Of a stretch of 54,793 bases of DNA, positions 39,178 through 48,880 are shown piece by piece. The DNA comes from an uncultured bacterium. GTDB taxonomy: Bacteria > Patescibacteriota > Microgenomatia > UBA1400 > CG1-02-47-37. The stretch covers positions 1 to 54,793 of the forward strand of contig CAXBYZ010000004.1 of assembly GCA_963980215.1 (NCBI GenBank). Reading direction: 5' to 3'. Both the position numbers and the translations under genes were made by a program. The notes under the pieces are model-generated. The model was not told where the DNA came from. It searched no databases and saw nothing but the letters and a program-made list of their open reading frames with translations. The stretch's first letter is position 1. Each line of letters opens with the position of its first letter.

Positions 39178-39679
39178 TTACTGGCTGGTCGTCTTCAATT
39201 GGAAGGGGTGGAGTGTTGGCTTCTGGGTCTTTAGGCTTGACTATTAAGTGCCTGTTTCTACCTTCTCCCTCTGACTCGGTAATTATGTCTGGATCAGCTT
39301 CTAGGATGAGGTGAACTGTTCTTCTTTCAAATGGATTTAGGTTAAAAAGAGCGATTGGTTCGTTTGAGAACTTAACTCGTTGGGCGGTGTCGTCGGCTAA
39401 GACCTTTAGAGACTCTTCTCTTTTTTGACGATAGTCGCCGATGTTTAAGATGGCTCTAGTCCAAGAACCAGACTCTTTGTAGGCAATAAGGCCGATCATT
39501 AGCTGGAGAGCTGCTAGAGTATCTCCGTGATAACCGATAAGGATACCTGAGTCGGCTTCTGGTAGTTTGATGTCAACACTGAAGGTGTTGGCTTCGTCTT
39601 CTTTGACAGTGATGGCTTCTGGGGTGATGTCGAGTTTGGATAGAAGGTCTTTGGTGATTTTTTCTAGAGATTTTTTCAT
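39170..39679 (-). CDS. jag: Jag/KhpB RNA-binding protein (KH + R3H)
   Basis: 'LIGYHGDTLAALQ', 'ERRTVH', 'SEGEG'. Confidence 0.9.
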   Translation of the reverse strand: MKKSLEKITKDLLSKLDITPEAITVKEDEANTFSVDIKLPEADSGILIGYHGDTLAALQLMIGLIAYKESGSWTRAILNIGDYRQKREESLKVLADDTAQRVKFSNEPIALFNLNPFERRTVHLILEADPDIITESEGEGRNRHLIVKPKDPEANTPPLPIEDDQPVNE

Positions 39680-40461
39680 AACTGTTTATTTTTCAAGTAT
39701 AGTTGCTGAATTAACATAAAGACAGAGAAGGTGAGCCAGTAAAGAACTAGACCAGAGGGGAACTTGAAACCAATAAAAATAGTCATTAAGGGCATCATGT
39801 AGAGCATTTGTGACTGCATGGCGGCGGCCATGTCGTCTGTTTCTTCCTTAGTTTTTTTGGTTTGTTCTTTGGTGGCTTTGGCTGCCGGCATCATTAATTT
39901 GCTGGATAAGAATTGGGCGACTGCGGCGGCTATTAGAAATAAACCTGGCAATCTGTTGATAGTGTATTTTAAGAACTTGATGTCTTTGATGACAAATAAA
40001 TCTGGTTGAGTTAAGTCTAGGTATAAAAATTTAGTGTTTAAAGTAAACTCTTTTGAAAGTTTTAAGCCTTGATAGAGAAGGTTGTTTAAAGTCTCGACTA
40101 TGTTTCCCTCTGGTTTTAAAACTTGATTGAAGGCTTGAAACAAAGCGATGAGAATAACTATCTGAACTATTTGAGGTAAACATCCAGAGGCGGGGTTGAC
40201 GCCGTGTTTTTTGTAAAATTCTAGTTGCTTTTGAGCAAATTGTTGCTTGTCTTTAGAGTACTTGCTCTTTAACTTAGCTAGCTCTGGCTGGAGGCTTTTT
40301 AGTTTTTGGGCTGATTTTAATGAAGGAAGAGTGAGGGGAGTGAGGGCACCTCTAATAAATAAAGTTAAACCAATAATGGCTAGGCCTAAATTTTGACCCA
40401 AAAATTGGTAGAAAAAAATTAAGGCATTAACTAGTGGTTGATAAAAAATTGTGTTCCACAT
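39676..40461 (-). CDS. yidC: membrane protein insertase YidC
   Basis: 'GLAIIGLT', 'NPASGCLP', 'SGLVLYW'; likely start MWNTIF at 40461. Confidence 0.94.
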   Translation of the reverse strand: MWNTIFYQPLVNALIFFYQFLGQNLGLAIIGLTLFIRGALTPLTLPSLKSAQKLKSLQPELAKLKSKYSKDKQQFAQKQLEFYKKHGVNPASGCLPQIVQIVILIALFQAFNQVLKPEGNIVETLNNLLYQGLKLSKEFTLNTKFLYLDLTQPDLFVIKDIKFLKYTINRLPGLFLIAAAVAQFLSSKLMMPAAKATKEQTKKTKEETDDMAAAMQSQMLYMMPLMTIFIGFKFPSGLVLYWLTFSVFMLIQQLYLKNKQL

Positions 40462-40477
40462 AATAAAAATTGTTCCT

Positions 40478-40513
40478 AGGTTACGAACCAAAATTTCGGA
40501 AGGTTTGTAACCT
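40478..40513 (+). repeat. family-I doublet (ACG variant) between yidD and yidC
   Basis: AGGTTACGAACC-aaaatttcgga-AGGTTTGTAACCT; same spacer as 13777. A degenerate singlet CAAGG-cttggaa-CCTTG lies at 40521-40537 in the yidD tail. Confidence 0.85.
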
Positions 40514-40728
40514 TACCCTTCAAGGCTTGGAACCTTGTCTATTCCTCCTTGATTCCAAGGGTGACATTTAAAAATCCTCCTAATACCAAGGAGGCTACCT
40601 CTTAATATACCATATTTGTTAATAGCTTGATAGGAATAATCTGAACAAGTGGGTGAGAATCTACAGTTTTTGGAGTTTTTGGTCAAACTTTGATATATAT
40701 TAATTGTTTTGAGAAGAATTTTTTTCAT
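40513..40728 (-). CDS. yidD: membrane protein insertion efficiency factor YidD
   Basis: 'CRFSPTCSDY', 'RIFKCHPW..GGID'. Confidence 0.94.
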   Translation of the reverse strand: MKKILLKTINIYQSLTKNSKNCRFSPTCSDYSYQAINKYGILRGSLLGIRRIFKCHPWNQGGIDKVPSLEG

Positions 40729-41047
40729 TTAAAGTGATTTTTAGTTCTTTTTTTATTTGATTTAGAGTTTTACCTTTTATATTGGATTTTGCAATGATCA
40801 AAATTGATTGGCCATTTTTAAATTTTTTAAGAATTGGTGTGACGGCTTGACGAAGAAGTCTTTTGACCCTGTTTCTATCGACCGCTTCTTTAGAAATTTT
40901 TTTGGAGACAATAAAACCTATTTTGGGAGGGGTTGGAGAAGTAGCTCCAAGTATTTTAACAATAAATAGGGGGGAGTGAAGGGTGTTGGAAGATAAAAAA
41001 AGTTTTGGAATTAAGTAGCCAGGAAGACGATTATCTTTGTTTAGCAT
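40700..41047 (-). CDS. rnpA: ribonuclease P protein component
   Basis: 'GFIVSKKI...AVDRNRVKRLLR'; ATG overlaps the rpmH TGA. Confidence 0.92.
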   Translation of the reverse strand: MLNKDNRLPGYLIPKLFLSSNTLHSPLFIVKILGATSPTPPKIGFIVSKKISKEAVDRNRVKRLLRQAVTPILKKFKNGQSILIIAKSNIKGKTLNQIKKELKITLNEKNSSQNN

Positions 41048-41181
41048 CAAGCGGTTAGTTTTTTTCTACCTTTGGCTCGGCGTCTTTTGATTAAGTTTCT
41101 GCCAGTTCGTGACCTCATCCTAGAGAAAAAGCCATGAACTTTTGAGCGACGACGTTTTTTGGGTTGGAATGTTTGTTTCAT
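41047..41181 (-). CDS. rpmH: 50S ribosomal protein L34 (missing from the ORF track)
   Basis: Manual translation [44 protein letters not shown]. Confidence 0.96.
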   Translation of the reverse strand: MKQTFQPKKRRRSKVHGFFSRMRSRTGRNLIKRRRAKGRKKLTA

Positions 41182-41210
41182 ACTGGCTGATTATAGCATA
41201 ATCCCACACC

Positions 41211-41238
41211 AAGGTTCCGAACTCGGAAGTTCGGAACC
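41211..41238 (+). repeat. minimal family-I doublet between rpmH and dnaA
   Basis: AAGGTTCCGAAC-tcgga-AGTTCGGAACC. Confidence 0.88.
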
Positions 41239-41283
41239 CATCTAGCTTCAAGAACTAACCTTGTTATTTATATGTTGACAGGG

Positions 41284-41292
41284 TGTGGATAA
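41284..41292 (-). promoter_or_regulatory. DnaA box upstream of dnaA
   Basis: TGTGGATAA (reverse complement of TTATCCACA). Confidence 0.75.
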
Positions 41293-41351
41293 CTATGTAT
41301 GTTTATATTGAGATGGGTTTTCCATTAAGGTTGAGCCCTGCCTACAATATT

Positions 41352-42734
41352 ATGAATATAGAAAGTTTATGGGCAGCGGTGTTAGCTGACCTTGAGTTAA
41401 ATTTATCCCCTGGAAATTTTACGACCTGGATAGCTCCCTTGAAAGCAGTGGAGTTAAAAGGTGGTAGTGACGAGAAGTTTTCTCTTGTGGTGGGGTGCCC
41501 CTCTGTTTTTCATAAAAACCAAGTTTCTGATAGGTATGTTGGAAAAATTCAAACTGTGGTTGAAGAGAGTTTGAAAACTAAGTGCGAAGTTGAACTTTTG
41601 GTGGTTAGTATTGATAAACCGAACAGTGGTGATAACGAGATAAGTGACGATCTTTTTTCTGTTGATACTGATAAGATGGCTTTAGAGGCATACGAGAATG
41701 GTTTTTATAAGGCTGGTTTGAGCCCAGGGCTTACTTTTGATAACTTTGCGGTTTCGAGCAGTAATGAAGTGGCTCATGCGGGAGCGAGGACTGCGGCTAG
41801 TAAGCCTGGGCAAGTTTATCACCTAATTTTTATTTATGGCGGAGTAGGGGTGGGAAAGACTCACTTGATGCAAGCAGTAGGGCATGAAATGTTGAAAAAA
41901 AACCCTGATCAGTCAATTGTTTATTGCACTGGAGAAGAGTTTACAAATGAGATTATTGAAGCGATTCGAAATAGATCGACCCCTGTTTTTAGACAAAAGT
42001 ATAGAAAAGCTAGAGCTCTATTTCTTGACGATGTTCAGTTTATTGGCGGAAAAGAGAAGGTTCAGGAGGAATTTTTTCATACCTTTAATGCTGTGATAAA
42101 AGAAGGGGGACAAGTTATATTGACCAGCGATAGGCTTCCTAGTGAAATTGTTGGACTAGAAGATAGACTAAGAAGCCGGTTTGAAGGGGGGTTAACTGTT
42201 GATGTCCAGGAGCCTGGGTTTGAGCTACGGGCAGCAATATTATTGATAAAGGCTCAACAAATGGGGGTTGAGTTACCGATGAAGGTGGCTCAGATGATCG
42301 CGGCTAATGTGGAGTCGACCAGGAAACTTGAAGGGATTTTGTTAAGGTTGAGTGGAGAGGTTTTGACTAGAAAAGAGCCTTTAACTGAGGAGTTGGCGAT
42401 GGCCCTACTTAATAAAATTGGGGGAGAGGCTGAGGTGTCTAGAAAAACTGTGACTCCGAAACAAGTTTTAAATGAAGTTTCAAAATTTTACCAAGTAAAG
42501 CCGGCTGAACTTAAGGGTAGCAGGAGGTTAAGGGCGGTGGTTTTACCAAGGCAAGTGGTGATGTATTTGCTTAGAAAAGAGTTAAATTTGCCTTTAAAAG
42601 AGGCGGGTAAACTTTTGGGGGGAAGAGATCACACAACTATTATCCATGGCCAAGATAAAGTTTCCAAGATGTTACCGAGTTCGGAAAAGTTAAGAATGGA
42701 TATTTCTGTGATTAGAAAAAGCTTGTATAGGTAG
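41352..42734 (+). CDS. dnaA: chromosomal replication initiator DnaA
   Basis: 'GGVGVGKTHL', 'DDVQF', 'QEEFFHTFN', 'RLRSRF', 'GGRDHTT'; likely start MNIESLW. Confidence 0.97.
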   Translation: MNIESLWAAVLADLELNLSPGNFTTWIAPLKAVELKGGSDEKFSLVVGCPSVFHKNQVSDRYVGKIQTVVEESLKTKCEVELLVVSIDKPNSGDNEISDDLFSVDTDKMALEAYENGFYKAGLSPGLTFDNFAVSSSNEVAHAGARTAASKPGQVYHLIFIYGGVGVGKTHLMQAVGHEMLKKNPDQSIVYCTGEEFTNEIIEAIRNRSTPVFRQKYRKARALFLDDVQFIGGKEKVQEEFFHTFNAVIKEGGQVILTSDRLPSEIVGLEDRLRSRFEGGLTVDVQEPGFELRAAILLIKAQQMGVELPMKVAQMIAANVESTRKLEGILLRLSGEVLTRKEPLTEELAMALLNKIGGEAEVSRKTVTPKQVLNEVSKFYQVKPAELKGSRRLRAVVLPRQVVMYLLRKELNLPLKEAGKLLGGRDHTTIIHGQDKVSKMLPSSEKLRMDISVIRKSLYR

Positions 42735-42930
42735 TGGATAAGTTTTGATCGAGTGGGGATAAGTTTTCAAGTTATCCACAACTTTGATAGTTATCCACAA
42801 ATTGTTCACAATTGTTTCCACAAAAAGATGTGGGTTTTGCACAAGAAAATATCCCAAAGACACTTGACGAAAAATCGTTTATAATGAAGATATTAACACT
42901 GCCTACTAAAGACTACTACTAAGTATTAAT
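42733..42930. other. oriC-like region: DnaA-box cluster, DnaA-trio-like repeats and AT-rich tail
   Basis: TTATCCACA at 42772 and 42791; near-matches at 42733, 42754, 42802, 42814, 42835; GCC-TACTAAAGACTACTACTAAG at 42901-42923. Confidence 0.8.
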
Positions 42931-42942
42931 AAAGGAGAAGAG

Positions 42943-44067
42943 ATGAAAGTTTCGTTATTGCAAGAGAATTTAGCCAAAGGGGTGATGATGGTTGGTAGGA
43001 TGGTAGCAAGTAAGGCGCAGTTGCCGGTTTTATCTAATATTTTGCTGGTAACAGAGTCTGGAAAGTTAAGAGTGTCAGCAACAAATTTAGAAACAGGAAT
43101 GAATGTGTGGATTTCCTCAAAGATAGATGAGCCTGGAAAGATTACGGTGCCTGCTAAGATATTTATGGAGCTGGTGAGCTCTTTACCTAAAGAGACAGTT
43201 ATTCTTGAGACTGAGGGAGAGAAGATTAAGGTGACTTGCGGCAAGTTTAAAGCAACGGTTAATGGGATATTGGCTGAAGAGTTTCCTGAGGTACCAAGTC
43301 TAAAAAGTGGGAGTAAAAAAGGAGTTGAGTCTTTAAAGATAAAAACAAGCGTTTTTGAGAGCTTTATCGATCAAGTGGCTATGGCAGCTGGAGTGGATGA
43401 AGCAAGGCCAATTTTTACTGGAGTGAAGTGGGAGATAGGTAAAAACATTAAGCTAGCAGCTACAGATGGTTACCGTTTGAGCGTAAAGAAGATTAAGGGG
43501 GTGTCATGGTCTGGAGAGAAAAAAGAGATGATAGTGCCGGCTAAGGCATTAATGGAGATAACCAAGATCGTTTCTAAGGTAGATGATGATGAAGTGTTAG
43601 TAGCGGTGACGGATAAAGATAAGCAGTTAATACTGGCTCTTAAAGATGTTGAGGTGGTAACTAGGTTGATTGAGGGAGAGTTCCCTGATTTTGAGAAGAT
43701 AATTCCAACAACAGCAAGTAGTACGGTTGAACTTGATAGAGAGGAGTTGACTCAGGCGGTGAGGGCGGTGGCCATCTTTGCTAGAGATAGTGCCAACATT
43801 GTTAAGTTTAAGGTGACGGATAAATATTTATTGATTTCGGCAAATGCCCCACAAGTGGGAGAGAACGAGGTCGGAGTGAGTGTTGAAAGAAAGGGAGAAG
43901 AGACAGAGATAGCTTTTAATAGTAGATATTTATTAGAAATTTTATCTTTGGTGAAGGCTGAGAGATTAACTTTATCGATGTCTGGGCCGTTAAATCCTGG
44001 TGTTTTTAGGGAAGTTCCTGACCAAGACTTTTTACATATTATTATGCCGGTGAGGGTGCAGGGGTAG
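42943..44067 (+). CDS. dnaN: DNA polymerase III beta clamp
   Basis: 'PVLSNILL', 'ATNLE', 'ATDGYRL', 'LIEGEFP', 'IIMPVR'; AAGGAG RBS. Confidence 0.97.
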   Translation: MKVSLLQENLAKGVMMVGRMVASKAQLPVLSNILLVTESGKLRVSATNLETGMNVWISSKIDEPGKITVPAKIFMELVSSLPKETVILETEGEKIKVTCGKFKATVNGILAEEFPEVPSLKSGSKKGVESLKIKTSVFESFIDQVAMAAGVDEARPIFTGVKWEIGKNIKLAATDGYRLSVKKIKGVSWSGEKKEMIVPAKALMEITKIVSKVDDDEVLVAVTDKDKQLILALKDVEVVTRLIEGEFPDFEKIIPTTASSTVELDREELTQAVRAVAIFARDSANIVKFKVTDKYLLISANAPQVGENEVGVSVERKGEETEIAFNSRYLLEILSLVKAERLTLSMSGPLNPGVFREVPDQDFLHIIMPVRVQG

Positions 44068-46030
44068 AGTCGTTAGGTTCCGAACTGCCTTTCGCTGGCG
44101 CTGCAGGCCGCTGAAAGTTCGGAACCGTGGCCGGTGAGGGTGCAGGGGTAGATGTTGGGTTGGTTGCGGGGGCGGGCTGTTTGTTGGCCAGTACTTCTTT
44201 GGGGTCACTGGTGATAAGAGCGTGTTCGTCTGGTGAGGCAACCACCTTTACAGCTACGTGGTTTTGACCAGCGAAGATAATACCGTGGCCAATGCCGGCC
44301 CCTAAAAGTAAGTGTTTTTCTCCTTCGGAAAGGTAAAAGATTTTAGCTAGCTTGTCGATAGCGGCGGTACTTTGTTTCATTAAAATTTGAATTGAAGAGT
44401 TGGTGACGATGGCTTTGCCGTAGTCTGAGGAGAGAAAGTCTTCGACATCTTGAGTGATGGTGGTTAAACCCAGATAGTATTTCCTGGCCCTTTTGGCCAT
44501 GGAGTAGAGGAAGCTAGCTGAGTCTGGGTATTTCATCATGTACCAAGCCTCGTCGACGACTAGTAGCCTTTTTTTTAGGTCTTTTTTAACTTTTGTCCAG
44601 ATGTGATCTAGAATCATGAACATGGCAATAGGGCGAAGGGCATCTTCTAGTTCCTGAATAGAGAAAACAGTAAAAGTGTTTTGAATGTCAACATTGGTGT
44701 GTTGGTCAAAGATGCCCCGAAAGGAGCCTTTGACAAATTTTTCTAGGCGAGCGGCCAAGTTAAGGGCAGCGGTTTCTTCCATGCCGATTAAAACTTTATA
44801 CAGGTCTTCAAGGAGAGGGGGTTCTTTTTTTTGAGTGGCAGGGTCGGGGGTGATGCCTTTTTGTTTGTAGGTTAAGATAATACTTCTATCTAGAAGAGCT
44901 TCTTCTTGAGGGGAGAGGTCACCCATGATGATTTTAAAGAGGGAGTGAAGAGAGAGAATTTTTTGGGAAAGTTCGTTTTGACCTTCTTCATAAACTTGAG
45001 ATAGGTCAAAGGGGTTTATTTTTGAAGTAGATTTAAAAGAAAATTGAATGTATTGACCGCCCACGGATTCACAGAGTTTTTGATACTCGTTTTCAGGATC
45101 GATAATGATGACTTCAGTGTCAAACATTAATGACCTTAGGGCTTCAAGTTTAACAAGGTATGATTTACCAGCACCAGATTTAGCAAAGACGACGGAGTTA
45201 GCGTTTTCAAGAGAAAATCGGTCGAGAATAATGAGAGAACTGTTGTGCTGATTGATGCCGTACAAAACACCCGTATCTTGAGTTAACTCTGAAGAGGTAA
45301 AGGGAAAAGTGGTGGCTAGAGAGGTGGTGTCCATGTTTCTGGTGATCATTAGTCGATCTTGAGCTAAAGGGAGAGTGGTTTTGAAGGCGTCATTCATTTG
45401 AAGGCTGGCTGGTTTGGCAATGATCATGAGCGAGCCTAGGGCTGATTGAACTTGTTTGGTAATTTTATTTAATTCTTCTAAGGAGTCGGCAGGGATAGTA
45501 ATGTAGAGGCCAAATTGAAAGAATCTCTCAGAGCCTTTAGCTAACTCAATTTGAAGAGACCTGGCATCTTCTAGTTGAACTTTGGTGGAGACGTCGGCAA
45601 TTTTACCCCTTTCAATGTCTGACTGGATCTCGGCCTCCATTTCCCCGACTTTTCTTCTTAGATCACTCATGATGCCACGGCCATCGATGGGGTAGATATA
45701 CATGGAAATATTAAGAGAGTGTCTAAAGTTGATTAAGGGGGAGAGCCAGTTGGCGTTGACAAAGCGAGGGTAGCCAGAGACAAAAAGGGTGCGAAAGTAG
45801 GTGTTGTCAATTTTTTGGTGAGAAAAGTCAATTTCGATGGCTGAGGGGGCAATTATATCCTGGACAGAGGTGACTCCTCGGGAGAACTGATCTTGTTCAA
45901 AGCTGGTTTCTTGTTTGGTTTGTTTCGGGGTGGCCTGAGAAGCCGGGTTTGGGGTTGGCGAGTCACCTGGTTTTTGATCAGCTTTTGGGGTCGATGGAGG
46001 TTTTTTGGGTAGAGAAAGATTAAGTTTCAT
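44042..46030 (-). CDS. VirB4/TraC-like ATPase
   Basis: Walker A 'AKSGAGKS', 'IIDPENEY', 'VVDEAW', 'RARKY', 'ITQ'; likely start MKLNL at 46030. Confidence 0.88.
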   Translation of the reverse strand: MKLNLSLPKKPPSTPKADQKPGDSPTPNPASQATPKQTKQETSFEQDQFSRGVTSVQDIIAPSAIEIDFSHQKIDNTYFRTLFVSGYPRFVNANWLSPLINFRHSLNISMYIYPIDGRGIMSDLRRKVGEMEAEIQSDIERGKIADVSTKVQLEDARSLQIELAKGSERFFQFGLYITIPADSLEELNKITKQVQSALGSLMIIAKPASLQMNDAFKTTLPLAQDRLMITRNMDTTSLATTFPFTSSELTQDTGVLYGINQHNSSLIILDRFSLENANSVVFAKSGAGKSYLVKLEALRSLMFDTEVIIIDPENEYQKLCESVGGQYIQFSFKSTSKINPFDLSQVYEEGQNELSQKILSLHSLFKIIMGDLSPQEEALLDRSIILTYKQKGITPDPATQKKEPPLLEDLYKVLIGMEETAALNLAARLEKFVKGSFRGIFDQHTNVDIQNTFTVFSIQELEDALRPIAMFMILDHIWTKVKKDLKKRLLVVDEAWYMMKYPDSASFLYSMAKRARKYYLGLTTITQDVEDFLSSDYGKAIVTNSSIQILMKQSTAAIDKLAKIFYLSEGEKHLLLGAGIGHGIIFAGQNHVAVKVVASPDEHALITSDPKEVLANKQPAPATNPTSTPAPSPATVPNFQRPAAPAKGSSEPNDSTPAPSPA
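44046..44152 (+). repeat. family-I subtype A doublet (44075-44126) flanked by a perfect 23-bp direct repeat
   Basis: GCCGGTGAGGGTGCAGGGGTAGA at 44046-44068 and 44130-44152. Confidence 0.93.
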
Positions 46031-46721
46031 TTTGAGTAGGAGTATCTTTTGATATGGAAGCATTGACAATGGCAACTTCTGATTCTGAGCGATTGGTGAA
46101 ATCGACATTGCCAGAATTGGGATTGTAGTAGTTGAAAAAGAGTTTAATTAGTTGTGGGGTGGTGAGTTGCTTGGTTTTTAAACCAAGCCGAGAGAGTTGG
46201 GTGATGAGGTGATCTTTTTTTGGAATTAGGCTAGTTTTGGCTTTTTCAATCAGGACACTTTTGTCTAGGGTAAAGTTTTTTTGTTTTTTAAAAGCGGTAG
46301 ATAAAGTAGAAGAGACGCCCATTTCTAAACTAGAAAAAGGAAGAGATAGGTAAAACTTTTTGTCTAAGACCTCATTTTCTTTGACGGTTTGTTGGATAAA
46401 TTGATAGTATTTTTCCAGTTGAGTTTTAAGGAGGGGGTTGGTGATTCTTTGTTTTTGAGCATTTAAAAGACCAAGGTAAGAGTTGATGTTTTTCTTTTGA
46501 GAAGTAATTAAAATTTGAACTGGAAAGTTTAGAGAGTTTAGAAGACCAGCGTAGGCGTAGATGGTGGCGTCTTGTTCTCCCTCTGAAAGTAAAGAAAAGT
46601 TAACTGCTGATGTTTGAAGAATGATACAGGCAGAGCCATCTTTTAAGACAATCATGTCCTCTCGAATGTCTTCGATGTCCATGTGACTTTGAGTGCTGGT
46701 TTTGATTTGAGTGGCAGGCAT
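46020..46721 (-). CDS. conserved protein upstream of VirB4 (TraC/TraE N-terminal-like)
   Basis: 'STQSHMDIEDIRE', 'AVNFSLLSEGEQDA', 'LNFPVQI'; operon context. Confidence 0.65.
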   Translation of the reverse strand: MPATQIKTSTQSHMDIEDIREDMIVLKDGSACIILQTSAVNFSLLSEGEQDATIYAYAGLLNSLNFPVQILITSQKKNINSYLGLLNAQKQRITNPLLKTQLEKYYQFIQQTVKENEVLDKKFYLSLPFSSLEMGVSSTLSTAFKKQKNFTLDKSVLIEKAKTSLIPKKDHLITQLSRLGLKTKQLTTPQLIKLFFNYYNPNSGNVDFTNRSESEVAIVNASISKDTPTQNET

Positions 46722-47794
46722 TATTTAGCTTGAATTTTTATAGGAGGAATTATCTCTCCCTTGGCTTCGAGTTTGATTATATCAAAGCTTTGATCTTGGT
46801 GCTCGGAAGCGATTTGGTAAACCCCGTCGGGTAAGGGGGTGGCGATAAAAAATTGACCCAACTTGTTGGCTCTTAGGGCTCGAACAGGGAGATCCTTACT
46901 ATCCCTAATTTCGATAATGACATTGGGAATAATTTTGCCGTTTTTGTCTAGAGTAATGCCGGAGATGAGATTCGGTTTAGTTGGCTTTTGAGGCATGATG
47001 TAGTCACCGGTAAACGAAGCAGGAGTGGTTTTTTGCTGGACTACTGGTTTTGGTTGAATTAAAACGGTTTTTTTAACTATGGGCGAAGGTTTTGATTTTT
47101 TAGTTGATTTGAGGTCATTTGTCTTCAAGTTATTATTAATAGTTGGGGTTGGGTGAACTTTGGTTGGCATGGCTGCGGTTGTGGTTGATTGAATTGGTTT
47201 GGTGGCGTGAGGGAGGAGACACATCTGGGGGTGGTGAAGTTTTCTAACCCTAACACCATTAATTTGAGAGTTAATTACTGGAACAAGTTCGGTTTCGGTA
47301 ACAGTGGGTAGTTTTTTGGAGCTAGAGTCAAGGGCGCCAAAAAGGTTTTTGATGTAGTCTAAGTATTTTTGTTCTGATTGATCAAAGATAGTGGCGGGGG
47401 TTTGGGGAAGTGTTTTTAAGTAGTCTTGAAGTTGAGTGGACAAGTGTTGGGATTGTTGAGAATCTGTTGAGGCTACTTTGAGGGGAGAGAAAATATCTAG
47501 AGTTTTGGGAGAGGCTTTGAAGATAAATTGAGTGGGGGCGTAGATAGATTTGAAAAAATTGATGATCCACTTATCTAGGGGGCGTTCTTCAAAAGGAATA
47601 AAGGCTAAGGCGAAACCAAAAAAGGCTGTAAGGGGTCCGAGCATCCATTTGAATAGAAAAAACATTTTGGAAGAAAAAATAATCCAAGCTAAAACAATGC
47701 CAACGGCCAATTCGGAGAATTGTTTTAAGGTCATGTCTCCGACTAGGTGAAACTTATAGCCGGTGACGTGCTGGGGAATGGGATGTTGTTGCAT
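46721..47794 (-). CDS. PrgI family protein with a C-terminal beta-sandwich (carboxypeptidase-regulatory-like) domain
   Basis: 'QHPIPQ...FHLVGDMTLKQF', 2 TM helices, 'ERPL'. Confidence 0.78.
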   Translation of the reverse strand: MQQHPIPQHVTGYKFHLVGDMTLKQFSELAVGIVLAWIIFSSKMFFLFKWMLGPLTAFFGFALAFIPFEERPLDKWIINFFKSIYAPTQFIFKASPKTLDIFSPLKVASTDSQQSQHLSTQLQDYLKTLPQTPATIFDQSEQKYLDYIKNLFGALDSSSKKLPTVTETELVPVINSQINGVRVRKLHHPQMCLLPHATKPIQSTTTAAMPTKVHPTPTINNNLKTNDLKSTKKSKPSPIVKKTVLIQPKPVVQQKTTPASFTGDYIMPQKPTKPNLISGITLDKNGKIIPNVIIEIRDSKDLPVRALRANKLGQFFIATPLPDGVYQIASEHQDQSFDIIKLEAKGEIIPPIKIQAK

Positions 47795-47848
47795 AAGTTA
47801 CTAACTTCATTATATGGAGGCTTTTTAATATTGACAAGAAAAGAGAAA

Positions 47849-48880
47849 CTAAATTGAAGTTTTTATTATTTGTCCATAAAAATTTATGGCATAAAGTTGA
47901 CCATCTGCGTATCCTAGAATTGATCGTAGAGTTTTATCTTTAAGAGAGGGAATTGCCTTAAAGATGGGGTTGGTGGTTAGTGGGGTAATGGTTGCTTGGA
48001 CAACCCCTTCATTGGAGTTTTTGAGAATAACCAACTCGGAGTCATTGATCCAGTAGACACCCAAGGCCTTTTTTATATTTAGAGTTTGTTCAGAGAGATC
48101 AGGTAAATTAATGATGGAAAAAGATTGAGAGGAAATAGTACAAATAGAAATTTTATTTGGAGAAGTAAAGTAGCGATTGGCATTTTTTGTAAAAGTAGTG
48201 GTTGATGTGGGGAGGTTATAGATAGATACTTGACTTAAATCCTCTCCATCAGCATAAGAAAACAATAAAATATTTTGACTTGAGAGAACCTCTAGATCAG
48301 TGGCTGTAGTAGTAGTGAGTTTTTTTGGAATAGGATTTTCAAGAGAAAGGTAGTATAGGTCAGTAGTTCTTTTTATGACATTTAAGTTAGCTAAAAGATA
48401 AAGCTCGGCGGAGTTTGAGCTAAAAGAAACACTAACTATAGGAGAGATATTTTTAAGGTCAATTGTTTGATTTTGGTTGTTATTGAGGTTTTTGATTATA
48501 AGATTATTTTTGTTTTGTTTATCAATGATTGCCAAACTAGAATTGAGGTGAGAGAAAGATTCAACAGGTTTTGAATAAATTGTGGTGGTTTCTTCGGGGG
48601 TAATTTTAATTAGAGAGCCATCTATTTGATTGATCGCATAGAAAAGGTTTGGGGCGGAAAGATTAATAGAATTAAAGTTGGGGGGTTGATTGACCTTAAT
48701 AATTGATATGTCATTGAGGGGTGTGGGGGTGGACTGGAGAGGGGGAGGGGCAAGCTGCTGGTTTTTTTTATTAGAAAAGATAATTAAAAATAAAATAGTT
48801 ATTAGTAAGAAAATAAATACAATAATTAAGCCAATTTTAGGCCTTGAGTGTTGGTGTAAATTTGTGATTATGGGTTGCAT
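47849..48880 (-). CDS. hypothetical membrane-anchored beta-rich protein
   Basis: 343 aa with an N-terminal TM helix; translationally coupled. Confidence 0.6.
   Translation of the reverse strand: MQPIITNLHQHSRPKIGLIIVFIFLLITILFLIIFSNKKNQQLAPPPLQSTPTPLNDISIIKVNQPPNFNSINLSAPNLFYAINQIDGSLIKITPEETTTIYSKPVESFSHLNSSLAIIDKQNKNNLIIKNLNNNQNQTIDLKNISPIVSVSFSSNSAELYLLANLNVIKRTTDLYYLSLENPIPKKLTTTTATDLEVLSSQNILLFSYADGEDLSQVSIYNLPTSTTTFTKNANRYFTSPNKISICTISSQSFSIINLPDLSEQTLNIKKALGVYWINDSELVILKNSNEGVVQATITPLTTNPIFKAIPSLKDKTLRSILGYADGQLYAINFYGQIIKTSI

Noticed and set aside
42678-42687. AGTTCGGAAA in dnaA as another element copy
   Set aside because: No hairpin-completing arm and no apparent insertion; likely chance.
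44046-44152. attL/attR of an integrated element at the dnaN 3' end
   Set aside because: The repeats are only 84 bp apart and no integrase is in the window; kept instead as an insertion footprint.
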